In this document: one piece after another, positions 1-9,000 of the stretch
How positions within the stretch are numbered: the first letter of the stretch is position 1
Layout of the letters: each line of letters begins with the position of its first letter
IMG/VR virus record: IMGVR_UViG_3300048834_001011
Location: 1-56,829 of that record
Source of the DNA: a virus
Lineage: Duplodnaviria; Caudoviricetes
Strand: one strand, 5' to 3'
Length of the DNA stretch: 56,829 nucleotides
Made by a program: the position numbers and the translations under genes
Notes under the pieces: model-generated
What the model saw: the letters and a program-made list of their open reading frames with translations, nothing else
Database searches by the model: none
Told to the model about the DNA's origin: nothing

Positions 1-383
1 GGATGAAGCAGGCCGTGCTCGCGGGCGCGCTCGATGCGCCGGGCTTTGCGCGCGGCGGCGCGGCGCGCCGTCGCCAGTACCTGCAGGTGAAGTGGATTCC
101 ACAGGGCTGGCAGTGGGTCGATCCGGAGAAGGAATTCAAGGCGATGCTGCTGGCGATCCGCGCGGGCCTGATGTCGCGCTCGGAAGCCATCTCGGCCTTC
201 GGCTACGACGCCGAAGACGTCGACCGCGAAATCGCCGCCGACAACAAGCGCGCCGACGACCTCGGCCTGATCTTTGACTCCGACCCCCGCTACACGTCCA
301 AGGACGGGGGCAGCGCAGAACCCAACCGCAGCGCGGTCGCCACCGACGAGGCCGACACATCCGGCAGCACGCCGACTGCCTGA
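1..383 (+). CDS. Lambda-family portal protein, C-terminal part (5' partial)
   Basis: WIPQGWQWVDPEKE...AIRAGLMSRSEAISAFGYDAEDVDREIAAD matches the lambda-type portal C-terminus; lies directly upstream of the S49 protease. Confidence 0.88.
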   Translation, partial: MKQAVLAGALDAPGFARGGAARRRQYLQVKWIPQGWQWVDPEKEFKAMLLAIRAGLMSRSEAISAFGYDAEDVDREIAADNKRADDLGLIFDSDPRYTSKDGGSAEPNRSAVATDEADTSGSTPTA

Positions 384-393
384 AGGATTTCCC

Positions 394-1632
394 ATGACCT
401 TGCTGCCACATCTGGCGGCGCGCCTCTTTGGCGTGCCGCTGGCCATCCATCGTCCAAAACTTGACGTGATCCTGGCCGTGCTCGGGCCCCGGGTCGGCCT
501 TGCCGAGCTGACCGCCGCTCCCGGCTTCACACCGCCGCCACGCGCCGCACCCGGATCACCCACCGGCGTGGCGATCATTCCGATCCACGGCACGCTGGTG
601 CGCCGCACCATAGGGCTGGAAGCCGAGTCGGGCCTGACCAGCTACGCGGGCCTTACCGCGCAACTGGACGCCGCCATCGGCAATCCGGCGGTGTCGGCCA
701 TCCTGCTCGACATCGATTCGCCGGGTGGCGAGTCGGGCGGTGTGTTCGATCTGGCCGACCGCATCCGGGCGGCCAGCCAGATCAAGCCCGTGTGGGCCGT
801 GGCCAACGACATGGCCTTCTCGGCGGCCTACGCGCTGGCGTCCGCCGCCAGCCGAGTGTTCGTCTCGCGCACCGGTGGTGTCGGCTCGATTGGCGTCATC
901 GCGATGCACGTCGACCAGTCGGAGAAGGACGCGCAGGACGGCATTCACTACACCGCCGTGTTCGCGGGCGACCGCAAGAACGACCTCAACCCCCACGAGC
1001 CGATCTCCAGCGAAGCCCACGCCTTCCTCAAGGCCGAGGTGGGTCGCATCTACGGCCTGTTCGTCGAAACGGTGGCCCGCCACCGTGGGCTGGAGCCGTC
1101 CGCCGTGCGCGACACCGAAGCCGGGCTGTTCTTCGGGCAGGCCGCCGTGGCGATGGGCCTCGCCGACGCCGTCGGCACCTTCGACGACGCGCTGACCCAG
1201 CTGCTCGCATCCGTTTCCACCAACCCGACTCCGATGGCTTCGGCCAGGCGGGCGGGCTCTTTCTGCAACCACCCCCAGGAGTCATTGATGAATGATCGAA
1301 CCGACCCCGCTGCTCTTGATCGGCCTGTTGCTGATCCTGCTGGCAGCGTTTCTCAACCGTCCGCCGCCGCCACCCTGAACGTGGCCGACGCCATCGAGAT
1401 CGCGCAGACCTGCCAGCTTGCCGGTCGCGCCGACCTGATCGCGGGCTTCCTCGAAACCAACACCGCGCCCGCCAAGGTGCGCAGCCAGCTGCTCTCGGCC
1501 AAGGCCGATGCCAGCCCGGAGATCGTCAGCCGCATCGCGCCTGACGCCACCCGTCCCGCGCCCAGCAATCCGCTGATCGACGCCGCAAAGAACCTCGCGG
1601 CGCAGTCGTCCGCAATGAAGAAGGAGTTCTGA
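394..1632 (+). CDS. S49-family head maturation protease (lambda gpC-like) with C-terminal scaffold domain
   Basis: LLDIDSPGGE, AFSAAYALAS and GVGSIGV SppA/S49 motifs; ATG at 394 after GAAGGA. Confidence 0.92.
   Translation: MTLLPHLAARLFGVPLAIHRPKLDVILAVLGPRVGLAELTAAPGFTPPPRAAPGSPTGVAIIPIHGTLVRRTIGLEAESGLTSYAGLTAQLDAAIGNPAVSAILLDIDSPGGESGGVFDLADRIRAASQIKPVWAVANDMAFSAAYALASAASRVFVSRTGGVGSIGVIAMHVDQSEKDAQDGIHYTAVFAGDRKNDLNPHEPISSEAHAFLKAEVGRIYGLFVETVARHRGLEPSAVRDTEAGLFFGQAAVAMGLADAVGTFDDALTQLLASVSTNPTPMASARRAGSFCNHPQESLMNDRTDPAALDRPVADPAGSVSQPSAAATLNVADAIEIAQTCQLAGRADLIAGFLETNTAPAKVRSQLLSAKADASPEIVSRIAPDATRPAPSNPLIDAAKNLAAQSSAMKKEF
1288..1632 (+). CDS. Putative nested in-frame scaffold protein (Nu3-like)
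   Basis: AGGAG at 1277-1281 precedes in-frame ATG 1288 after the protease domain. Confidence 0.6.
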   Translation: MNDRTDPAALDRPVADPAGSVSQPSAAATLNVADAIEIAQTCQLAGRADLIAGFLETNTAPAKVRSQLLSAKADASPEIVSRIAPDATRPAPSNPLIDAAKNLAAQSSAMKKEF

Positions 1633-1633
1633 A

Positions 1634-2014
1634 ATGCCCACCGTATTCACCGAGGCCATGAACCTGGGCGATCTGCTCAAGTTCGAAGCGCCCAACCTCT
1701 ATTCGCGTGACCGCGCGACCGTCGCCTCCGGCCAGAACCTGCCGCTGGGCACGGTCGTCGGCATCGTGACCGCCACCGGCAAGGTCAAGCAGTTCGACCC
1801 CTCCGCCGAGGATGGCACGCAGGTCGCTGCAGGGGTGCTGCTCCAGCCTTGCGACGCAAGCGCCGCCGACCGCACCGACGGCCTGCTCGTCACCCGTCAC
1901 GCCATCGTCTCCGATCACGCGCTCGCGTGGCCCGAGGCGATCACCTCCGCCGAGCAACTGGCGGCCATTGCCCAGCTCAAGGCGCTGGGCGTCCTCGTCC
2001 GCCAAGGAGTCTGA
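1634..2014 (+). CDS. Head decoration protein (lambda gpD-like)
   Basis: 126 aa between protease and capsid; SR..TVASGQNLPLGTVVG...DGTQVAAGVL pattern. Confidence 0.85.
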   Translation: MPTVFTEAMNLGDLLKFEAPNLYSRDRATVASGQNLPLGTVVGIVTATGKVKQFDPSAEDGTQVAAGVLLQPCDASAADRTDGLLVTRHAIVSDHALAWPEAITSAEQLAAIAQLKALGVLVRQGV

Positions 2015-2016
2015 CC

Positions 2017-3027
2017 ATGCAGAACATCTTCGAGAACCCGGCGTTTTCGATGTCGGCGCTGACGGCCGCCATCAACATCCTGCCCAACAACTACGACCGA
2101 CTGGCCCAGATGGGGCTGTTCGTCGACCGCCCACAGCGCTTTCGCTCGATCATCGTCGAGCAGCAGAACGGTGTGCTGACCCTGCTGCCGACGATGCCCG
2201 TGGGCTCGCCCGGCACCGTGGGCGTGCGCGGCCAGCGCAACGTGCGCTCGTTCCACATCCCGCACATCCCGCACGACGACGTGGTGCTGCCCGAGGAAGT
2301 GCAAGGCATTCGCGCCTTCGGCTCGGAGACGGAACTGCAGACCGTGGCGGGCGTGATGGCGCAGCACCTGCAGACGATGCGCAACAAGCACGCGATCACC
2401 CTGGAGCACCTGCGCTTCGGCGCGCTCAAGGGATTGATCCTCGATGCCGACGGCAGCGTGATCTACAACCTCTACAACGAGTTCGGCATCACGCCGCAGA
2501 CCTTCACGTGGGACATCGCCGCGCACGACAGCGGCTTCGACGTCGGCAAGGCCTGCCGCGATCTGCTGCGCTACGTCGAGGACAACCTGCAGGGCGAACG
2601 GATGACCGGCATCCACGTGCTGGTCGGCAAGGACTTCTTCGAGGCGCTCACCACGCACGACGACGTCATCACGGCCTACGAGCGCTGGCAGGACGGTCAG
2701 GCGCTGCGCACCGATATGCGCGCGGGATTCAGTTTCTGCGGCATCACCTTCGAGGAGCATCGCGGCCGTGCGACCGCACCCGGTGGAACCGTGCGCCGCT
2801 TCGTCGAGGAGGACGAGGGCCACGCCTTCCCGCTGGGCACGATGGACACCTTCGCCACCTACTACGCGCCCGCCGACTTCAACGAAACGGCCAACACGAT
2901 GGCGCTGCCGCTCTACGCCAAGCAGGAGCCGCGCAAGTTCGACCGGGGCACCGACCTGCACACGCAGGCCAACCCGCTGCCGCTGTGCCATCGCCCGCAG
3001 TTGCTGGTCAAACTGACGGTGGCGTGA
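2017..3027 (+). CDS. Major capsid protein (lambda gpE family)
   Basis: F.IPHIPHDDVVLPEEVQGIRAFG and QANPLPLCHRPQLLVK C-terminus; AAGGAG RBS; ATG 2017. Confidence 0.92.
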   Translation: MQNIFENPAFSMSALTAAINILPNNYDRLAQMGLFVDRPQRFRSIIVEQQNGVLTLLPTMPVGSPGTVGVRGQRNVRSFHIPHIPHDDVVLPEEVQGIRAFGSETELQTVAGVMAQHLQTMRNKHAITLEHLRFGALKGLILDADGSVIYNLYNEFGITPQTFTWDIAAHDSGFDVGKACRDLLRYVEDNLQGERMTGIHVLVGKDFFEALTTHDDVITAYERWQDGQALRTDMRAGFSFCGITFEEHRGRATAPGGTVRRFVEEDEGHAFPLGTMDTFATYYAPADFNETANTMALPLYAKQEPRKFDRGTDLHTQANPLPLCHRPQLLVKLTVA

Positions 3028-3329
3028 TGGCCTTGATCGAGCGTCTGTACCAGTCGGCCGCCAATGCGGGCCTGACGGTGCGTTGCCGCTGGGTACCTGC
3101 GGGCGGCGAACCCGCCCGAACGCAGCAGGTCGGGTTTTCCGCGCCGGACGACACCGTGTTCGACGGCCTGGCCTTGAACACCGACTACGCGATCACCTAT
3201 CCGGCGTCGGTGTTCGTAGGCCTCGCGGCGCGCGACACCGTGGTGATCGGCGGCCTGACCTACCAGGTGCGCGATGTCCGGGCCGTGGCCGACGGCTCGG
3301 AAATGCGCGCCAAGCTCACAAGGCTCTGA
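3027..3329 (+). CDS. Head-tail joining protein
   Basis: TGATG overlap with the capsid stop; 100 aa ending YQVRDVRAVADGSEMRAKLTRL; position. Confidence 0.75.
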   Translation: MALIERLYQSAANAGLTVRCRWVPAGGEPARTQQVGFSAPDDTVFDGLALNTDYAITYPASVFVGLAARDTVVIGGLTYQVRDVRAVADGSEMRAKLTRL

Positions 3330-3332
3330 CCG

Positions 3333-3779
3333 ATGGCTGCCCACTCGATCCGCGAACAGATTCTGCTCGCGGTGCTTGACGCTGTCCGCGTGCCAGTGGA
3401 ATCGCTCGGGGCCACGCTGCACCGCTCGCCCACGGTGGCCATCAGTAGGGAGCAATCCCCGGCCCTGGTGTTGTTTCCCGAAGCCGAGCAGATCACCGAG
3501 CGCGCCAACGACCGCGTCACGCGCGAGCTCACGGTGCGCCTCGTGGCGCTGGCCCGGGCGGTACCACCCGCGTTCCCCGAAACCGAAGCCGACCGGCTGC
3601 TCACCGCTGTCCACGCCGCGCTCTTGGCCGACCGGAATCTGGGCGGCCTCGCCTTGGGCATCCGCGAACTGGACTGCGAATGGGACGTCGAGGACGCCGA
3701 CGCGGTCGCCGCCTCGATTCCGGCGCGCTACGCGATCACCTACCGCACGCTCAACACCGACCTATCAACCAAGGGATGA
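3333..3779 (+). CDS. Tail terminator / minor tail protein (gpU-like)
   Basis: SIREQIL N-terminus and AITYRT C-terminus; position before the tail tube. Confidence 0.65.
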   Translation: MAAHSIREQILLAVLDAVRVPVESLGATLHRSPTVAISREQSPALVLFPEAEQITERANDRVTRELTVRLVALARAVPPAFPETEADRLLTAVHAALLADRNLGGLALGIRELDCEWDVEDADAVAASIPARYAITYRTLNTDLSTKG

Positions 3780-3784
3780 CCCCC

Positions 3785-4006
3785 ATGACCCACATCGTCT
3801 TGAACCGCCCGCACACCCACGCGGGCCGAGCCTGCCAAGCGGGCGAACGGCTGGACGTGGATGGCGGCACCGCCGACTGGCTTGTCGCCAACGGCATCGC
3901 CCGCCACGACCGCCAGCCTGTCCCCGCGCCGCAACCGGAAGCTGACGGCACCCCTGTCGAACCCACCCGACCCATCACTACCCACCGCAAGGAATCCAAA
4001 TCATGA
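3785..4006 (+). CDS. Small virion-associated hypothetical protein
   Basis: HTHAG...GERLDVD...ADWLVANGIA; ATGA overlap with the next gene; alternative start at 3776. Confidence 0.65.
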   Translation: MTHIVLNRPHTHAGRACQAGERLDVDGGTADWLVANGIARHDRQPVPAPQPEADGTPVEPTRPITTHRKESKS

Positions 4007-4755
4007 GCACCTACGCATCGTTCCAGGGCCGCGTCTTTCTCGGCAAGCGCGATATCGACGGTTTTCCCATCGAAGTGCGCTCGCCCGGCAACGTGGCCGA
4101 GCTGAAGCTCTCGCTCAAGACCGACGTGCTGGAGCACTACGAGAGCCAGACCGGCCAGCGTTCGCTCGACCACCGGATGGTCAAGCAAAAGTCCGCCACG
4201 GTGAACCTCACCATCGAGGAATTCACCAAGGAGAACCTCGCGCTGGCCCTCTACGGCAACCACGTCACCGGCACCACCGGCTCGGTGACTGCGGAAACCA
4301 TTGGCGGCGCGACGCCGGTCATCGGCGACCGCTACTTCTTCGCGCATCCGAAGGTGTCAGCGGTCGTCGTCACCGATTCGGCGGGCGCACCCGCGACGCT
4401 GCTCGCAGGCACCAATTACACCGTCGACAACGACTTCGGTGCCCTCCAGTTTCTGGATACCACCGGCTTTACCGCGCCGTTCAAGGCGGCCTACACCTAC
4501 GGCGCGGCCACCGAGATCGGCATCTTCACGCAGTCGGTGCCGGAGCGGTATCTGCGGCTGGAGGGCATCAACACCGCGCAGGGCAACGCCAAAGTGCTGG
4601 TCGAGCTGTACCGCGTCGCTTTCGATCCGCTGAAGGAAATCTCCTTCATCTCGGACGAGTACAACAAGTTCGAGCTGGAAGGTTCGCTCCTGGCCGACAC
4701 CACCAAGCCCTATGACGCGGTGCTGGGCCAGTTCGGCCGCATCGTGCAGCTGTGA
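4003..4755 (+). CDS. Major tail tube protein
   Basis: 250 aa beta-rich; QGRVFLGKR...GNVAELKL...FELEGSLLAD; lies upstream of the chaperone and TMP. Confidence 0.8.
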   Translation: MSTYASFQGRVFLGKRDIDGFPIEVRSPGNVAELKLSLKTDVLEHYESQTGQRSLDHRMVKQKSATVNLTIEEFTKENLALALYGNHVTGTTGSVTAETIGGATPVIGDRYFFAHPKVSAVVVTDSAGAPATLLAGTNYTVDNDFGALQFLDTTGFTAPFKAAYTYGAATEIGIFTQSVPERYLRLEGINTAQGNAKVLVELYRVAFDPLKEISFISDEYNKFELEGSLLADTTKPYDAVLGQFGRIVQL

Positions 4756-4772
4756 ACGAGGTGAGGCCAACC

Positions 4773-5174
4773 ATGAGCGATCTGGAAACCCTCATTCCGC
4801 AGGCGGTGGAACTGGTGATCGACGGCGAGCCGCTGGCGATCAAGCCGCTCCGGGTCGGGCAGATGCCCGCCTTCCTGCGCGCGATCACGCCGGTGATGCA
4901 GCAGATTGGTGGCGACGGCATCGACTGGCTGGCGCTGTTCGGCGAGCGCGGCGACGACCTGCTGACGGCAGTGTCGATTGCCGTCGGCAAGCCGCGCGCG
5001 TGGGTCGACGAGTTGGCCGCCGACGAGGCCATCCTGCTGGCTGCGAAGGTGATCGAGGTGAACGCGGATTTTTTTACCCGGACGGTGATGCCGCGCCTCG
5101 ACGGCCTGATCGCGCAGACCAGCGCAGTGGCGGCCACAGCGGCCACGGCTGGTTCGACACCGTCCAGTACCTGA
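4773..5174 (+). CDS. Tail assembly chaperone (gpG-like)
   Basis: Between tail tube and TMP; contains EVNADFF with slippery T TTT TTT at 5069-5075. Confidence 0.75.
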   Translation: MSDLETLIPQAVELVIDGEPLAIKPLRVGQMPAFLRAITPVMQQIGGDGIDWLALFGERGDDLLTAVSIAVGKPRAWVDELAADEAILLAAKVIEVNADFFTRTVMPRLDGLIAQTSAVAATAATAGSTPSST

Positions 5175-5380
5175 TCGCGCACGGTCACCGGCTGCCGGAC
5201 GTCCTCGACTACACCCTGGCACAGCTGCGCGGCTTCGCCGCCGCCACGGCGCGAGAGGAGGCGGCGCATGACGCACGGCTGCTCTCCCTGATCGCCATCG
5301 GGGCGCGCGGCGATTCGCGTCACCTCGACCAGACCCTCGACAGGCTTCAAGACCGTGCGCATCTCGATCCGCATCGATAG
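5069..5380 (+). CDS. Tail assembly chaperone -1 frameshift extension (gpT-like)
   Basis: Open -1 frame (WFDTVQYLIAHGH...YTLAQLRGF) with no obvious start of its own, entered at the slippery heptamer. Confidence 0.65.
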   Translation, partial: FFYPDGDAAPRRPDRADQRSGGHSGHGWFDTVQYLIAHGHRLPDVLDYTLAQLRGFAAATAREEAAHDARLLSLIAIGARGDSRHLDQTLDRLQDRAHLDPHR

Positions 5381-5999
5381 CAAGGCCGCGCAGGCACAGT
5401 TGCGCCGTTGGGGCGGCGAGTTCCGCGACAAGGTCAAGAAGGCGGTCGCGCGTGGCATCGCCAGTGAGGCCGCCGATCTCAAGCAGGACGTTCGCAGCCA
5501 CGTTGCAGGCCAGATGGCGATGGTCAAGAAGTCCTTCGTCAAGGGCTTCACCGCCAAGGTGCTGGACAAGGACAAGAACCGGCTGCCCGCGCTCTACGTC
5601 GGTTCGCGCATCCCGTGGTCGGGCATCCACGAACGCGGCGGCGTGATCGGTGGCCGGATGTTGATCCCGTTGCACGGGCGCATCGGCCGCAAGCGCTTCA
5701 AGGCCCAGATCGCCGAGCTGATGCGCGGCGGCAATGCTTATTTCATCAAGAACGCCAAGGGGAACCTCGTGCTGATGGCCGAGAACATCAAGGAACACGA
5801 CCGGCCACTGTCGGGCTTCAAGCGCCGATACCGCAAGGCCGAAGGCATCAAGAAGTTGAAGCGCGGCGCGGACGTTCCCATCGCCGTGCTGGTGCCACGC
5901 GTGCAGCTCAAAAAGCGCCTGAACATCGAGCGCATGGTCGCCGGTCGCATCCCGCGCTTGTCGGTGGCTATCGAGAAGCAGTTGCGGCAGGTGGACTGA
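5355..5999 (+). CDS. Basic phage morphogenesis protein (neck/tail-completion-like)
   Basis: 214 aa K/R-rich ORF with WSGIHERGGVI motif, immediately before the TMP. Confidence 0.6.
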   Translation: MRISIRIDSKAAQAQLRRWGGEFRDKVKKAVARGIASEAADLKQDVRSHVAGQMAMVKKSFVKGFTAKVLDKDKNRLPALYVGSRIPWSGIHERGGVIGGRMLIPLHGRIGRKRFKAQIAELMRGGNAYFIKNAKGNLVLMAENIKEHDRPLSGFKRRYRKAEGIKKLKRGADVPIAVLVPRVQLKKRLNIERMVAGRIPRLSVAIEKQLRQVD

Positions 6000-6000
6000 C

Positions 6001-9000
6001 GTGGCAAACCGGATTTCCGTCCTCGTTGCGTTGGAAGGTGCCGACGAGGGGCTCAAGCGCGCCATCAACTCTGCCGAGCGCAGCCTCGGCGGCTTCGGTG
6101 CCAGCGCCAAGACCGCGAGCGACAAGGCTGCCGCCGGGGTGGCCGAGGTCAAGGCCGGGATGAATGCCTTCGGCGATCAGGTTGCCAAGGCCAAGACCCA
6201 GCTTCTGGCCTTCCTGACCATCAACTGGGCGGCGGGCAAGCTGCAGGAGATCGTCCAGATCGCCGATGCGTGGAACATGATGTCCGCGCGCCTGAAGCTC
6301 GCCACCGCAGGGAGCCGCGAATATACGGTCGCGCAGAAGGAACTGTTCGCCATCGCCCAGCGCATTGGCGTGCCGATCCAGGAAACCGCCACCCTCTACG
6401 GCAAGCTGCAGCAGGCGGTGCGGATGCTGGGCGGCGAGCAGAAGGACGCGCTGTCGATCACCGAAAGCATCTCGCAGGCGCTGCGTCTGTCTGGCGCGTC
6501 GGCCACCGAGGCGCAGTCCTCGTTGCTGCAGTTCGGTCAGGCGCTGGCCTCGGGCGTGCTGCGCGGCGAGGAATTCAACTCCGTCGTCGAGAACAGCCCG
6601 CGTCTGGCCAAAGCCCTGGCCGACGGCCTGAACGTGCCCATCGGGCGGCTGCGCAAGCTGGCCGAGGAAGGACGGCTCACCGCCGACGTGGTGGTCAACG
6701 CGCTGATGAGCCAGAAGGACAAGCTGGCCGCCGAATACGCGCAATTGCCACAAACCGTCGGCCAAGCCTTCACGCGCCTGTCGAACGCCTTCGGGCAGTG
6801 GATCAGCAAGCTGGACGAATCCACCGGTTTCACCAAGAAGCTCGCCGAAGCGCTGACGTGGTTGTCGGAAAACCTCGACACGGTGATGAAGTGGCTGGGG
6901 CGTATCGCCGAAGTGGGCCTTGCGGTGCTGATCTACCGCCTGATCCCGGCGCTGATCATCGCGTGGCAGACAGCGGGCGCGGCGGCGGTGACGGCGGCCA
7001 GCACCACGGCGGCGGCGTGGGCAGCGGCGAACCTGTCGCTGTCGAACGCCATAGCCACCGTCGGCAAGCTGCGGGTGGCCTTTGCCGTGCTCGGCGCGGC
7101 CATCGTCGGCTGGGAGATCGGCACCTGGCTGTCGGAGAAGTTCGAGATTGTCCGCAAGGCAGGCATCTTCATGGTGCAGGTGCTGATGACGGGCATCGAG
7201 CACCTGCGCTTTCGCTGGGAGGTGTTCGCCGCGATCTTCACGTCGGACACCATCGCCGAGGCCACCAAGCGCCACGCCGAACGCCTCACGGAGATGAATC
7301 GAATCTTCGCCGAGATGTACGCCGATGCCTCTGAGGGCGCGAACGCGGCCAAGGGGGCGATGAACACCGCCGCGACCGCCGCCGAGGAGATCGCCAAACG
7401 GTTAGAGGCTGTGCGTCAGGGCACGCAGGAGGCAGTCGGTCGCGGCATCGAGGCGGTTCACGCCGCGCTGGAGAAACTCAAGTCCCGGCTGGGCGAGGTC
7501 GAACAGGCGGTCGGCAAGGCCCAAGGGGTGGTCAACGATGCCACCGCCAAGATGGCCGAGGCCTACAAGGGCTTCACCGCCATCGTTGAGGCCAATCTGC
7601 AAACGCAGATCACGGCGGTGAAGGCGCGCTACGAGCAGGAGAAGGCAGAACTGGAGCGCACCCAGCAGTCGGAAGCCGCCAAGATCACCAAGTCCACGCA
7701 ACTGCTCACCGAAGCCCTGACGCAACAGACCACGCTGCGCCGTCAGGCCACGACCGACACGCTGCAACTGATCGACCAGGAAACGCAGGCGCGCAAAGAG
7801 GCCGCAGCCCGCCAGGGCGCGACCGAAACGGAGCGCGCGGCCAACGTGCAGCGTGTTGAGAACGACATCCTCGCCACCAAGCGTCAGACGCTGGCGCAGG
7901 CGCTGGGCGAATACCGCCAGCACATCGACGCGCTCAACGCCGAGGCCAACCGGCATCTGGCGGAAGTGCAGCGCATCGAGGAGGCCAAGCGCCAGTTGTC
8001 GATGTCTACGGAGGAGCGCATCCGCGACATCCGCCGTCAGGGCATGACGGATTACGAGGCGACCGAGGATCGGAAACGCCAAATCGCTGAGATGCAAGAG
8101 CAAGCACGCCGGGCGCTTGCCAACGGCGAACTGGAACTGGCGCGACAGCTTGCGCAAAAGGCGATGGACATGGCCGCTCAGGTGGCCAGCGCCCAGACCA
8201 GCGAGGCCAAGCGCGGCGAGGAAGCGCGCAAGCAGTCCGAACAGGCGGTGTCGCAGGTCACGCAGCTCGAAGCGCAGTCGCGCGAAGCCTATCGTCGGCA
8301 GGAATACCAGCAGGCCACCGATCTGATGCGGCAGGCCGACCAATTGCGCGCCGAGCTGGCGCAGAAGTCCAAAGAGGCCGATGCGCAGGCCGCGCAGGGC
8401 AAGCAAGGCGTGCGCGACGCCATCGACCGCATCCGCCAGTCCGAGGAAATCCTCAACCAGACGCTGGATGCCGAGGCCAAGGCGCACCAGACCGCCGCAC
8501 GCGAAGCGCTCAGCGCGCGTGACCAGATCCGCCAGACCCTGGAGCAGACGCAAACCCAGATCGACCAGATCACCGCCAAGCTCAAGGATGGCCTGAAGGT
8601 CACGCTGGACGCCGACACCGAGCGATTCGACAAGGCCATCGCCGATCTCGACAAGGCGCTGGCCGAGAAGGAGTACCTGCTCCAGATTCAAGCCGATCTG
8701 CAGGAAGCGGAGAAGAAGCTCAAGGAATACGAAGCGCTACTCAAGGAAGGCAAGACGCTGCCGGTCGATGCCGACGTGTCGAAGGCCAAGGAAGCGCTCG
8801 ATAAGCTCAAGGTCTACGCCGACCAGAACGCACAGTTCGAACTGAAGGTGGCGACCGAGAAGGCGCAGGCCGCGATCACCAACGTCGACGGAATGATCAA
8901 GGCGCTGGATCGCATCCAGACCGAATCGCGCCACACCGTCAGTCACAACGCCGACGCAGCACGCTCCGAGATCATGAGCTTGAACGGGGCCAACACCAGC

